Assembly (NCBI RefSeq): GCF_964355755.1
Contig: NC_092673.1
Coordinates: 5,642,001-5,706,000, forward strand
Direction: 5' to 3'
Source of the DNA: Antedon mediterranea
Lineage: Eukaryota; Animalia; Echinodermata
Length of the DNA stretch: 64,000 nucleotides
The notes beneath the pieces were generated by a model. That model was not told the origin of the DNA and made no database searches. It worked only from the letters and a program-made list of their open reading frames with translations. Positions 41,801 through 53,248 of this stretch are shown here, piece by piece (position 1 is the stretch's first letter; each line of letters begins with the position of its first letter). The position numbers were made by a program, and so were the translations under genes.

Positions 41801-43428
41801 TGATGATGATGATGATGATAAAATACGTACCTCGAGTCTATGGTCACTTCGTTCTGATTCTGGTTGGTTACATACAGTTTTCCGATTGCCGAAATTTTGT
41901 CTTCGTCCAATTGCGCTGCATCATCGCGCATAGCGTGAACAAACAAATTTGTATTACTTTGACTTTGACCGCTGTCCGGAGACCAAGAAGAACTAGAGGT
42001 AAAGTTTCACTCCACTTCTGAGGATCATCTCCGGACAGCGGTCAAAGTTGATTTAGGCTGTTCTTCATCGGAACTGGTGTATGGAGCAACCCTGAAACTT
42101 CCAGGGCAGTTTGTCGCGCCTACTGATATCGCCTCACATGAACCTGCGAATTACGTACATAGATTGCAAAGACACATGCAGAATATTCGACCAGTGCCAA
42201 CACGAGCGAATCAACGCACCGCACAAATCCACGACGATTTGCGTGAATGTACTCACGTGTTTGTTCGTTGCGATAGCGTAAAGAAACCTCTTCAGTCTCC
42301 TTACAATGGGCCATTTAAAGTTTTAAACAGAACTGACAAATACTTTGTTTTGAGCATCGCAGATAAACATGAAACTGTTAGTTTGGACAGACTAAAAGTC
42401 GCCTATGTAAATAATGATAAAGCTATTAACAACTTTCCAGAATCGTCAAGGCAACCGGAAGCAGTGCTTTCCTCAACCGCAAGTACTATTCCAGTCGCAC
42501 CTCCGCCACGGCAAACGCGTAGCGGACGACATGTACACTGCCCACGTAAGCTTGCAGATTATGATTGCGGTTGAAGAAATTCTGTCATTTTATTGTGCTG
42601 GAAGTTTTATACTAGAAACATTTTTTTTTTATTCATCGCTCGCTAACATTTCATTTGCGATCTAGAGGGGAGCTGATGTAGAGGCAATTTGCATATGTGT
42701 TAGCAGGTGTAACGAACGGCATGCAAACCTTTTTATTCTTTGTCTCTCTCTCAACTACCGACCGTCGAACAAGCAGGACGTATTTGTTTTACTTACCGTT
42801 GTTTGTTAACTCAAGGAACTTTGCGTATCCTGTACATGTACAGAAGAAACTATATTATTGGAATATATTATGTGTATATAATTACGGAGCCAAGTATAAG
42901 AAGTTACTAATGATTATTTGGACCCAATGCATGCTCTCACAACACAGTATAGTGGGTAAGTTGGATCCTACTAAATGTCTAAACAGAAATATTTTTCAAT
43001 GCTTCTCTCAAAATCCCCGAGCACTGTCACGTGTGGAACATAGCTATTTATCTTGGTTCGTTTTTTGACGTTCCACGACCCAATCGGCAATTGAAATGTT
43101 TAAATGCATATTTTATTGTCGCCGTTGCTGAATCGTCTCGTTTACGTTTTGTCTTTTTACGTTTCGGTTCATTATCATCATCATCATCATACAAGATCGT
43201 TGTCTGAAAACATTTCGCATCGGACGTCTGTCAAGAATGTTGTGTCCCATGCTGGCAGGTATCCGTTGTTATCAACAGTATGGACTTGACAACGTACTGT
43301 AACATTTTGTGCAAGCGTCGTGGGAAGATCAACCAGAACACGTAACCGCACGACACCTTGCCCCGAACCGTTTCATCCACGATGCGACTAGGTTCAATAA
43401 GAGAGCACACCAGTGCGTGACTGTTCAT
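38868..43428 (-). pseudogene. Virus-like AAA+ (MCM-like) helicase pseudogene, copy 3, probably including its N-terminus; interrupted by the Gypsy fragment
   Basis: Nearly identical to copy 2 over 38868-41958. Candidate 5' part at 42945-43428 begins MNSHALVCSL..CGYVFWLIFP and includes an acidic run plus NLS-like DDDDDNEPKRKKTKRKR. Linking the 5' part is inferred from strand, position and composition. Confidence 0.7.
41959..42944 (+). mobile_element. Gypsy 3' fragment (integrase C-terminus, PPT, LTR 42677-42944), copy 3
   Basis: ORF 42077-42574 is identical to 34728-35225; PPT followed by TGTAG..CAACA. Confidence 0.85.
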
Positions 43429-43514
43429 CGTTGCTTAGTTAAGCATAGTTAAGCTTATTTTAGTTACATTTTTTTTCACATTATTGATTGTCTCCATCCC
43501 CGAAACCTCGACTA

Positions 43515-43641
43515 AGAAATACCGGAATGGTGTCCGGCGGGGGATAGTTTATTACCATTAGTTAAGGTCCTATGTAAAGCACCTAGAGGGGTCAGTGATC
43601 CATTAGGCCCTATATAAATACTGTTTATTATTATTATTATT
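43515..43641 (+). mobile_element. SINE/LINE 3' tail fragment
   Basis: TGTAAAGCACCTAGAG..TATATAAATAC followed by a (TTA)n tail. Confidence 0.5.
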
Positions 43642-43642
43642 T

Positions 43643-43885
43643 TTAGTGCAACTGTAACGCTTTTCTCAACAACACCATCATCATTATGTACGTATGCGGG
43701 GAGCAATTGCGCAGCGAGTTTGTCGGTATTTCAAACGATTTCAACTCGACGCACATGATGTGCATGGGTTCACCAAACACAATATCGTCCGTAATTCGAC
43801 TGCCCGGCCATAATTCACATGGCAGTAGATCATCGGCTGTATTCTCAGATTTACTCATTTTCAACAACCGCGCGACTTTAACTAA
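43643..43885 (-). pseudogene. Unidentified CpG-rich ORF fragment of the island
   Basis: KVARLLKMSKSENTADDLLPCELWPGSRITDDIVFGEPMHIMCVELKSFEIP; same strand and composition as the helicase gene; no motif recognised. Confidence 0.35.
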
Positions 43886-44553
43886 ACATTAAAAATACAC
43901 AATCTCGCCTCTTATATTCACAATCACATACGTTGATATTTTCCAAGGTGGACATCGATTAGACATTGTACAACTTACCAGGAGATATATATATGAATAT
44001 GTATATCTTAACATAGATTCTAAGTACTGTATATTCCTTTGTTCATATACTAATTGATATGCTAATTTAGTGTCCAAGCTTATGTATGTGGGTTGCATTT
44101 AATTGGTTTTAGTATTACAGTTTATTTTTAATTTGGTTTTATCGAACTTCCGTCTTATCTGAGTATTATCTGTTTTAATCTAGTCTATCTTTATTTTTAT
44201 ACTCATATATTTTTATATTGTATGTTTAATTGTTTTAAGGATGCACCATTATTATGTGTGCCGCTGTTCAAAAAGCGTTTTCCAAATAAATTATTATATA
44301 TATTATATAATACTCATGCCTATTAATTATGCATAAACTTTGAAGGTCATCGTCTTTTCAATTCGCAAGGACAACAATTCAATTGTATACACACACAATT
44401 TACTTTGCTGGCAGTGAAGCAGTATATATAGCCTACACACACTTCAGTGAAGCAGTATATACTAACTAATATGTCTCAGCAAACAGCTAAGTGTGAAGTG
44501 CAAGAACATACATTGTGGATGACTCCGTGGTGGACTGACGATGTTGAAGGTAA

Positions 44554-46022
44554 AGGCTGGTTTCCTGTCGACGTAAGAAGTCGAATTTTGCAACGACTCT
44601 TGCGTTTCATACGTTTCTTACGTCTCTTACGAAAGTTGAGAAAAAATTGACGTCGTTGACGTTAGTCAAGATCGTGTCAGGCCGCAGAGAAACATCTGTA
44701 GTTATGCTGCTCCCGAAAGTTGAAATTTTGGCTGTGAAACACACGTCGTATGCTTACGTCGATTTTAGTGTTGTTACGAAAGTTGAATTTTTTTTCTTTC
44801 GTCGGTCAGATTTATGACGTATTTGAAACAACATCTATGATTGGTGTTTCTTTTTAGAGCGGGTTTTATCATTTTTCGCGCGAAATGTTGAATGTTGTTA
44901 TTGTACCTGTAGCTACTCAGTGTCAGTGCAGCACACCAGCATATTATTTTTAGTAGATAGGCTAGGCCCTAGTATTAGTAATAATACTTAATTAATACTG
45001 TACTAATAGGAATGGATTTGACCAAAATATAATCAAACTAGCCTAGGAGCCAGGCTAATAGGCTAGGCCTATGCACTATTGTATGAACCAAAATATGAAT
45101 TAATTATTCTGGCCTTAGTAGGCCTAGCCTTAAATAGTTTTCAAAATTAAAAAACGGCAAATCATTTCGGGATTCCTATTATTATTAGACCTACCTATGG
45201 GCCCAGGCATACCGTACTCTAATCGAGCATGAGATAGTACTAACGCAGTAAGATACCCATTATTTACCTATAATAAGAATAAATTTGACAAAACAATATA
45301 AATTATACAAAAATCAAGCAAACATTTTTTTTTAAAGTTACATAATAATATTATATTGCTTACAAGGGCTTTCTATATCTTATCTTGTTGCAAATGTTCA
45401 TTATCGCGACGTTTCTACCGACAAATAGAACAGAAGAATGTCGGTTTCAATGCGGATTGTTTATTGCACGTCCATAAATAAGAGTATTATATTTTGATAT
45501 GAGTTGTAAACTCCCTGATTAGAACAATATTATATTGAAACTACTGTGCATTTGTAAAGTATGTACATTGTACAACATCGTAAAGTGGGCTAAAATTGTA
45601 GTAGTACGATAAATACATACAAATGTTATTGTCCGGCTATATTTCACTGTAAGGTCATACACATTACATCATAACTCTTGTCGCTCATTGGTTGCTTGTT
45701 ACGATTGCGCTTACGTCTCTTGCGAAAGTTGACTTCAAGTCAACTTTCGTAAGAGACGTAAGAAACGTGACGCAAGGGCGTTCATTCAAGCGTAAGATAA
45801 AAAATCCCGGTTTCCTGTAAAATCGGAAGAAAACGTCGTAACGCAACAATTGTTAGGTCATCGGTTTCCTGTAAAATCGTTTGTCGTTACCATTTTTCTT
45901 ACGTTACGTCGATTTTATAAATTTTCGATCGTAATCGGTTTCCTGTAAAATCCGCATTTCTTACGACAAATCGACGTAGTCGCAACAAAAGTGATGTTCT
46001 TACGTCGACAGGAAACCAGCCT
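44554..46022. mobile_element. Non-autonomous PIF/Harbinger DNA transposon
   Basis: Perfect 26-bp TIRs AGGCTGGTTTCCTGTCGACGTAAGAA, TAA target duplication (44551-44553, 46023-46025), subterminal GGTTTCCTGTAAAAT repeats. Confidence 0.88.
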
Positions 46023-46569
46023 TAATTCATAAATGTGTATTGTTTGTTTTAGCAACGTAATATTATTTCTATTGTGTCACTAGTTTTGTTGTTTTTGTTT
46101 TATCGAGAAGAAATAATGTTACCATAGTTTTATAAGGGCATGATTCGATATTATCAAGAATATTGTAATATATATCTTTTACCGGGTTATGCAGCGCATA
46201 ATGACAATGATTGTGGCTGGTAACCCCTTTTTTTTTTTTTTGGTTTTTAGTACAACGAACATCAGTTCAGAATGTTCCACAATGGAAAAATAATGTTAAA
46301 GGTAAATACAATACTAACGTTATATATCTATATTATATATATATTATATATATTATTATAATACATTGTCCTTCGTCGAGTGCAGACGTGTTTGAGCGGA
46401 GCTCTCACACGTATACGTTTTTAGATACAGTACTCGCTTACCTGTGATAGCATGTTCCAAGGATAAGTTACTAACTGCATGAGACCTGTATACCTACCTG
46501 GATAGTGAACGTATCGGTTGCATTAAATATAAGTACACTTTTGTTATTTATTCTAACTAAACATCTACA

Positions 46570-47256
46570 ATGGCCAACGTGGAAAACAATGAGCCAAATA
46601 TTTCTAATTTAAATATTAGCGCCGTTGAACCGAACACCTGGCTGTCGACTCTCATCAAGTCAATCATGGGCTGCAAAACCATTGCTGATATTAAACCAAC
46701 ATTATGCGGCGCAGTCACCAAGATTGTCTCCTTGGAAAAAGACATTACCATCCTCAATCTTGAAATCATCGGTAACAATCTGAGGTTTACTGGCATACCC
46801 GAACAAGCGGAGGATAGCGAAGGTACTGTTAATTTCCTTTCCTCATTTATTTCCAATACCACCGGCATCAAAATCGCTAATGATGATATACAACGAGCCC
46901 ATCGAGTTGGACCACGTAATACCACCAGGGATAAACCGAGACCACTTGTTGCATACTTTCTCAGATATTCCACTAAAGAAAGAGTACGCAAGGCAGCTCC
47001 AAAAGTGAGACCTAAATTTAAAAATAATAACATCTACGTAAATGATGATTTTATCAGCAGAGTGATAAGTAGAAGAAAGGCCTTATACTCATCGATGAAA
47101 TACCTGCATTCCAAAAAAGTAAAGGCCTGGCTCCACCTTGACAAGTTGCGTTACATAGATGCAAATGGTTATGTTCGCACATTCATCGACATGGATCATC
47201 TTGCCAAATACTACCCGAACCTCAAGGAAGCACATGCCCCCGAAGCTACTGAGTAA
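46570..47256 (+). CDS. LINE ORF1 protein (RRM-type, L1/CR1 ORF1-like), intact 228 aa
   Basis: NNLRFTGIPE, IQRAHRVG, KPRPLVAYF and IYVNDDF motifs typical of non-LTR ORF1; directly upstream of APE-RT. Confidence 0.85.
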   Translation: MANVENNEPNISNLNISAVEPNTWLSTLIKSIMGCKTIADIKPTLCGAVTKIVSLEKDITILNLEIIGNNLRFTGIPEQAEDSEGTVNFLSSFISNTTGIKIANDDIQRAHRVGPRNTTRDKPRPLVAYFLRYSTKERVRKAAPKVRPKFKNNNIYVNDDFISRVISRRKALYSSMKYLHSKKVKAWLHLDKLRYIDANGYVRTFIDMDHLAKYYPNLKEAHAPEATE

Positions 47257-47439
47257 TTCTAGTCGTCGCAATAATTAACTTTACTTTGACTCTACTTACC
47301 GTCAACCGAAATATTACCTATAATAAATTTTTATTTCAAGAATTGTTTATTTTGCTTCTCATTAATTATGTATTAATATATACAGTCTCATGCATGCTTA
47401 TTGCTGTATTTCTTTTTTAGATAACGTTATACGCAGCTA

Positions 47440-50400
47440 TTGTTAATGAATGTTAATTATCTTCACTTAGGCCTACTTCCTTTTTATGACTTTAATGTGA
47501 ACACTGAACTTACTAACAACAATGATATTTCTAACATAACCTTTAATCCAGTTAATTACAATGAAAATGACAAATATTATGAATCTTTTGATCAACTAAT
47601 TAATAATCTCAATTTACAGTCAGTTACCCTATAGATGAATGCAGCTTTTATGATTAATACTAAACTATCTCTCCTGCATCTTATTAGAAGTATTACGCAT
47701 AAAGTTAATGATCTCGAATGCCTTTTGAATTCAATTAATAACAAATTTTCCATAATCGGTATCAGTGAAACATGGCTTAATGAAAACTCCCCTATTCCTT
47801 TCATTGATAACTACTCCTTCTTTGCAAGCAATAGAAGCAATAATCAAATTGGAGGAGGAGTTGCATTTTTTATACGTAATGATATTAGCATTACAATTCG
47901 AAATGACTTAAAATTACCAGACGACCTTTCCGAATCACTTTTTGTTGAGATTGAAAATTCAAAGACAAAAAATGATATTATAGGCATTATTTACAGAGCC
48001 CCCTGTGGAGGGCTAGATTCTTTTACTAAATCCGTCGATAATGTATTGAACCAAATTAACAATGAAAACAAAAATTGTCATCTCATGGGAGACTTCAATA
48101 TTGATTTATTAAAATTCCATAACCATAAATTAACAAACACCTACCTAAATACTTTAATTTCCCATTCTTTTTTCCCAACTATTTCAAAACCAACTAGGAT
48201 TACCTCAACTTCGGCCACCTTGATTGATCATTTTTATTCCAAACAATCTAACTATTGCTGGTGTTTTACTTAATGATCTCCGACCACCTTCCTATATTTC
48301 AGTTCATTGATCAAGAAAATAATGATCAAAACCTTGATGATAATAGCGCCAACTATTCATTTCGTATAAACGACCTAAATGCCTTATCGATTGATTTAGA
48401 AGGTGAAGACTGGTCTATGATATTTGATTGTGACCCAAGATTGAGTTTTGATATATTTATTGAAAAATTTACAAATATCCACTCCAGACACTTGGTTAAA
48501 AGTACAGTAGTATAAAATCAAATAAAACGTTTAAACAACCATGGATGTCATCTGCTCTCTTAAAATGTAGTTCACGGAAACATAAACTTTATAACAAATA
48601 TATGCACACACGTAGTAATAATGACAAACTAAACTATACAAAATGTAATAATATTTTCACTAATCTTTGTCGCACTGCTAAAAAGAATTATTATACTTCC
48701 CAGTTTGATAGATATAAAGGTAATCTGAAGAACACATGGCTTGTAATAAATTCTGTTTTAAATAAAGGTAATAATAATAACAAGCACCCGAATCTAATTA
48801 AAGACGGTGATAATATTTACAAAACTCAAAAAGAGATATGTGAATCGTTTAACAACTATTTTTCTACAATTGGTCCTAATCTTATTAATAGTATGCCAAC
48901 TATAACTGATCCATTATCTTATCTTCATTCTGCGTTTGCCAACTCATTTTATATTAGCCCAGTTTCAATTGATGATGTTAACCTAACTATATAAAATCTA
49001 AATTCTAATAAAGGGTCTGGATCTGACGGTATTACTGCTCGTGTCTTAAAATCTGTATCTCCCTTAATCATCCACCAACTTACCCATTGTATAAATTCAT
49101 CTTTTTTATCTGGCACTTTTCCAACACACTTAAAACTAGCTAAAGTTGTGCCCATTTTCAAGAAAAGTGAACGAAGTCAATTATCTAATTACCGGCCAAT
49201 ATCACTACTTTCAGTCTTTTCCAAAATTATTGAAAAACTCATGTATTCTAAACTTTCTGATTATCTCACAAAATTTTATATACTTAATAAACGCCAATAT
49301 GGTTTTTCGAAAAAATCACTCTACATCCCATGCCGTTTTAGATCTTATTAATAATATTACAAATTCATTTGAATCAAAAGAAAATTTATTAAGTTTATTT
49401 ATTGATCTTTCAAAGGCCTTCGATGTTATTAATCACGATAATTTAATTTAAAAACTTGAGTGCTATGGAATTAGAGGTATTTCATTGAATTGGTTTAATA
49501 GTTATTTGAAAGATAGAAAACAATATGTTGCGTTAGGATCTTGTACATCGTCGACGATGGATATTACTTGTGGAGTGCCACATGGATCTGTGCTTATATA
49601 TGTTAATGATCTGGCTAATGTCAGTAACAAAATGCAAGTAATATCCTTCGCCGACGACACCACCTTATTTTACTCTAATTCAAATATTGATTTATTATTT
49701 ACTACGTTCAATGATGAATTAACAACATTTTGTGACTGGTTTATTTCAAACAAATTACTTATTAATACTCTTAAAACAAATTATTTAATCTTTCACAATT
49801 CTCAACGTAAACTAAAAGTTGATAACCTAAATATACTTCTTGACGGAATTCAAATTGAACGCAAAACTGAAACACTTTTTTTAGGTGTATATATTCATGA
49901 AAACCTTAAATGGACCAGTCATCAAAATTACGTTTCGAAAAAAATATCAAGATCTATTAGTATTATTAACAGACTTAAGCACTTCTTCCCTCTAAATATT
50001 TTAATTTCTCTTTATAACACACTTGTACTTCCTTATTTCCAGTATTGTAACATTATTTGGGCTGCAGATTACTCTTCTAATATTGCTAGATTAACTATTA
50101 TAGAACCTCATCTGAACCCCTTTTTAAACGTTTTGGTATATTAAAATTAACGGATATCCACAATGTTCAAGTTGCCAGTTTTATGTTTAATTATTTTAAA
50201 AACCAACTTCCTATTTCTATGATTGATATGCTCTGTAAACGTACCAAATTTCACAATTACAATTTAAGAACTTTTCATTTAAACATTCCTTTTGCTAGAC
50301 TTACCAAAACTAATTTTTTTATAACTATATCAGGTCCTAATTTGTGGAATCATATCCCGCCAAATATCAAAACGTCAATATCATTATTTACTTTCCGAAA

Positions 50401-50443
50401 AAAGTTAAGGAATCATTATATATCTAAATATTATACTGCTTAG
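47440..50443 (+). pseudogene. LINE ORF2 (APE endonuclease + reverse transcriptase), multiple frameshifts and stops
   Basis: Fragments 47635-48273, 48255-48515, 48545-48994, 49148-49451, 49485-50144 and 50183-50443 are collinear. Confidence 0.9.
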
Positions 50444-51873
50444 TTAATATGCTTATTATCATTATTTATACTCATATACTATTTATGTCTTACACAAAAT
50501 ATTAGTTGTTGTTTATTATTGCAATCTTTAATCTATACTATATATAATGTATATATAGTATATACTATATATATACATAAATTATAATTTATGTATACAT
50601 ATTTTTTTCATTTACCAATATCGGTATTTATTTCATTTATAATTATCATGAAACTATTGAAATATAATTTAAATAATTTTTATAAAGAAGATGTTATTAT
50701 TAGTTGTATAATAAAACCAGTTTTCATTTTTTTTTTTATTTCAGTAACAAGAATACCAATACTGCAGTAAGTATTTTTTATTCTCTTGACATTACATTTT
50801 TGTTTATTTATTCGATTCATATATATATATATATATATATAATTTATTCATATAGTACATTTGTAAGAGTTCCCTCGGAAAAGCACCCGTTCAACCCGAA
50901 AGGAGAGGAAACCGTGGAAAAAGGTAAATTAAAGTAAATGAATTGTTGGCGAACGATACTATTTAACGCTGCTCATATGATTGTTATAATATATATTAAA
51001 TATTATAAATATTATACTGCTTAGTTAATATGCTTATTATCATTATTTATACTCATATACTATTTATGTTTACACAAAATATTAGTTGTTGTTTATTATT
51101 GCAATCTTTAATCTATACTATATATAATGTATATATAGTATATACTATATATATACATAAATTATAATTTATGTATACATATTTTTTTCATTTACCAATA
51201 TCGGTATTTATTTCATTTATAATTATCATGAAACTATTGAAATATAATTTAAATAATTTTTATAAAGAAGATGTTAGTTATGTTATTATACTGTAATTTT
51301 TTATCCTAAATTATATAATTATATATTCTAGGTTTATTTTTATTTTTTTAGTAGGCCTAATGTGTTTAGTTGTGGGTCCCTACGAGACAAGTTTTTAACT
51401 TCTAGAAGGGATCCATGATAATAATGACTACCAACTTGATGCTCATTGGGATAAATATTCAAAGAGAACACGATTCAGATGTGTACTCTGAACACATCCA
51501 GTATTAAATCCTTCTCCGAGAAGCTTTGTATATATTTTAATTGGTTGCAAACTAGCACCAGCACCACGTATTATTAGTTGTATAATAAAACCAGTTTTCA
51601 TTTTTTTTTTAAATTTCAGTAACAAGAATACCAATACTGCAGTAAGTATTTTTTATTTTCTTGACATTACATTTTTGTTTATTTATTCGATTCATATATA
51701 TATATATATAATTTATTCATATAGTACATTTGTAAGAGTTCCCTCGGAAGAGCACCCGTTCAACCCGAAAGGAGAGGAAACCGTGGACAAAGGTAAATTA
51801 AAGTAAATGTATTGTTGGCGAACGATACTATTTAACGCTGCTCATATGATTGTTATAATATATATTAAATATA
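50425..51873. repeat. Local duplication in A-B-A-C-B order
   Basis: ~50425-50695 matches ~51006-51275 (LINE 3' UTR); ~50695-51003 matches ~51570-51873 (two small exons). Confidence 0.85.
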
Positions 51874-52449
51874 TTTGATTTCATATAGAATCAACACAGC
51901 AACAACCGTTACATTCGACGGGTCGTTGTAAACGCCTTCAACGAACCAGAGGCGTGTTTTCATGGTAGGTTCACAAACTATTATTCTTGTTCATGCAGAA
52001 AATGCTCCCAAAACCCGAAAATTATTATTCTTTATTTACGTCATGTTTTCTTTCACAGGCAAAGCACACTTCTGCCTTTTAAGGAAATTTACGCCTTTGA
52101 TTCCGAAGACGACAACAACAGCAATGTAGACTACCTGATCGCTTCGTCGTGCTCTGCTGTACATAACAGTGACACGGCAAAAGTAGCAGATATATTAAAA
52201 TGGAATGGCTTCACGTATATTAGAATGAAGCCAACAAAAGACAAACAAACAATAATGAGGTATGTCAAAAGATGCAAACGCGTTATTGTATTCCAAAATC
52301 TATTATTTGAAGATTACGTCAATGACGTATTTACTATCTGCAGCGAAAATTTAGGAATGGTGGAGACAACTCTACCATTCAAAAATAACATTTTTGATAT
52401 AGCGATTTTTTCTAGTGGTACTGTCATGCGCGTATTGAAAAGAAAATAG
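51620..52449 (+). CDS. 3' exons of a compact spliced gene ending in a TIR/SEFIR-like domain (5' part disrupted by the LINE)
   Basis: Exons 51620-51641, 51725-51792, 51889-51964 and 52059-52449 join in one open frame through GT-AG introns of 83, 96 and 94 nt. Last exon reads VDYLIASSCSAVHNSDTAKVADILKWNG..IMRYVKRCKRVIVF. Domain call is by eye. Confidence 0.6.
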
Positions 52450-52760
52450 TTTCATTGTCAATAATTTGTCTTTTGTTGGTTTAATTAAATAATTCCTTTC
52501 ATCATTAGTTGTACAAGTATACATTTTTAACTAAATATATATATATATCACCGGGCGTTTTAGAATTAATGTTCATTGCCTGATGTGTTTAATATATAAA
52601 AGTATCTCTTCGGAGATCCCGCCTCGTGAATAAAAATACTGAAAGATGAGGGCGTATCAATTTGATCTCTGGTGCGCGTGCGTACAACTGAGGACTAGTG
52701 CTGTTCCACCGTACCACGCCGAGAATGTTAAAGAGTCGCTATCCAATCGAGTTTGAACAA

Positions 52761-52803
<43 letters not shown>

Positions 52804-53248
52804 TTGTTTGTGAATGTTAACCTTCGTTGTACGTGAATCCATACTTTTGTAATATCTGCTGCTAGTGGTGCATATTGTTATGTACATAGAGCATCACGGT
52901 TTACTGAAATTTCAGTTTGTTTAATGTTTTATTTAATGATAGAATTTCAATTATTATTGTACTGTATTTATTGTTTATGAATTTAAATTTCGTTAACTTG
53001 GAAATCGTTTTAACAAATAAAAAAAATTTAAAAAGTTAGATCACGTTTGTTTGTTTTTATTTATTCATTTCTTGTGTGTTCTGTCATCCTGTGTGCAGAA
53101 TTTAGGACGACTACTGAATGCGGATAAAAACTCTATTCGAAGACATGCACAGAAAACCGCTTACATACAAACTTTAATTGTCGAATACAATTGCACCAAA
53201 GTGAAACTATTGAAAACACATTAAATAAATGATTGTTTGATACCGCCC

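Larger units (their letters stand above)
22959..43142. repeat. Tandem triplication of a host/island junction segment (units 22959-28440, 28441-35793, 35794-43142)
   Basis: Each unit starts CGACAGGTGTCACATATGATG. The ORF track repeats with offsets of ~5.48 kb and ~7.35 kb. Junctions read GTCTCGTT-CT-CGACAGG. Confidence 0.95.
46364..51426 (+). mobile_element. Near full-length CR1/L2-group (Crack/Daphne-like) LINE, ORF2 decayed
   Basis: ORF1 plus APE endonuclease (IGISETWL, GGGVA, MGDFNIDL, SDHLP) and RT (NYRPISLL, FIDLSKAFD, GVPHGS, FADDT); 3' stem-loop GGGTCCCT..AGGGATCC at ~51374-51414. Boundaries approximate. Confidence 0.85.
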
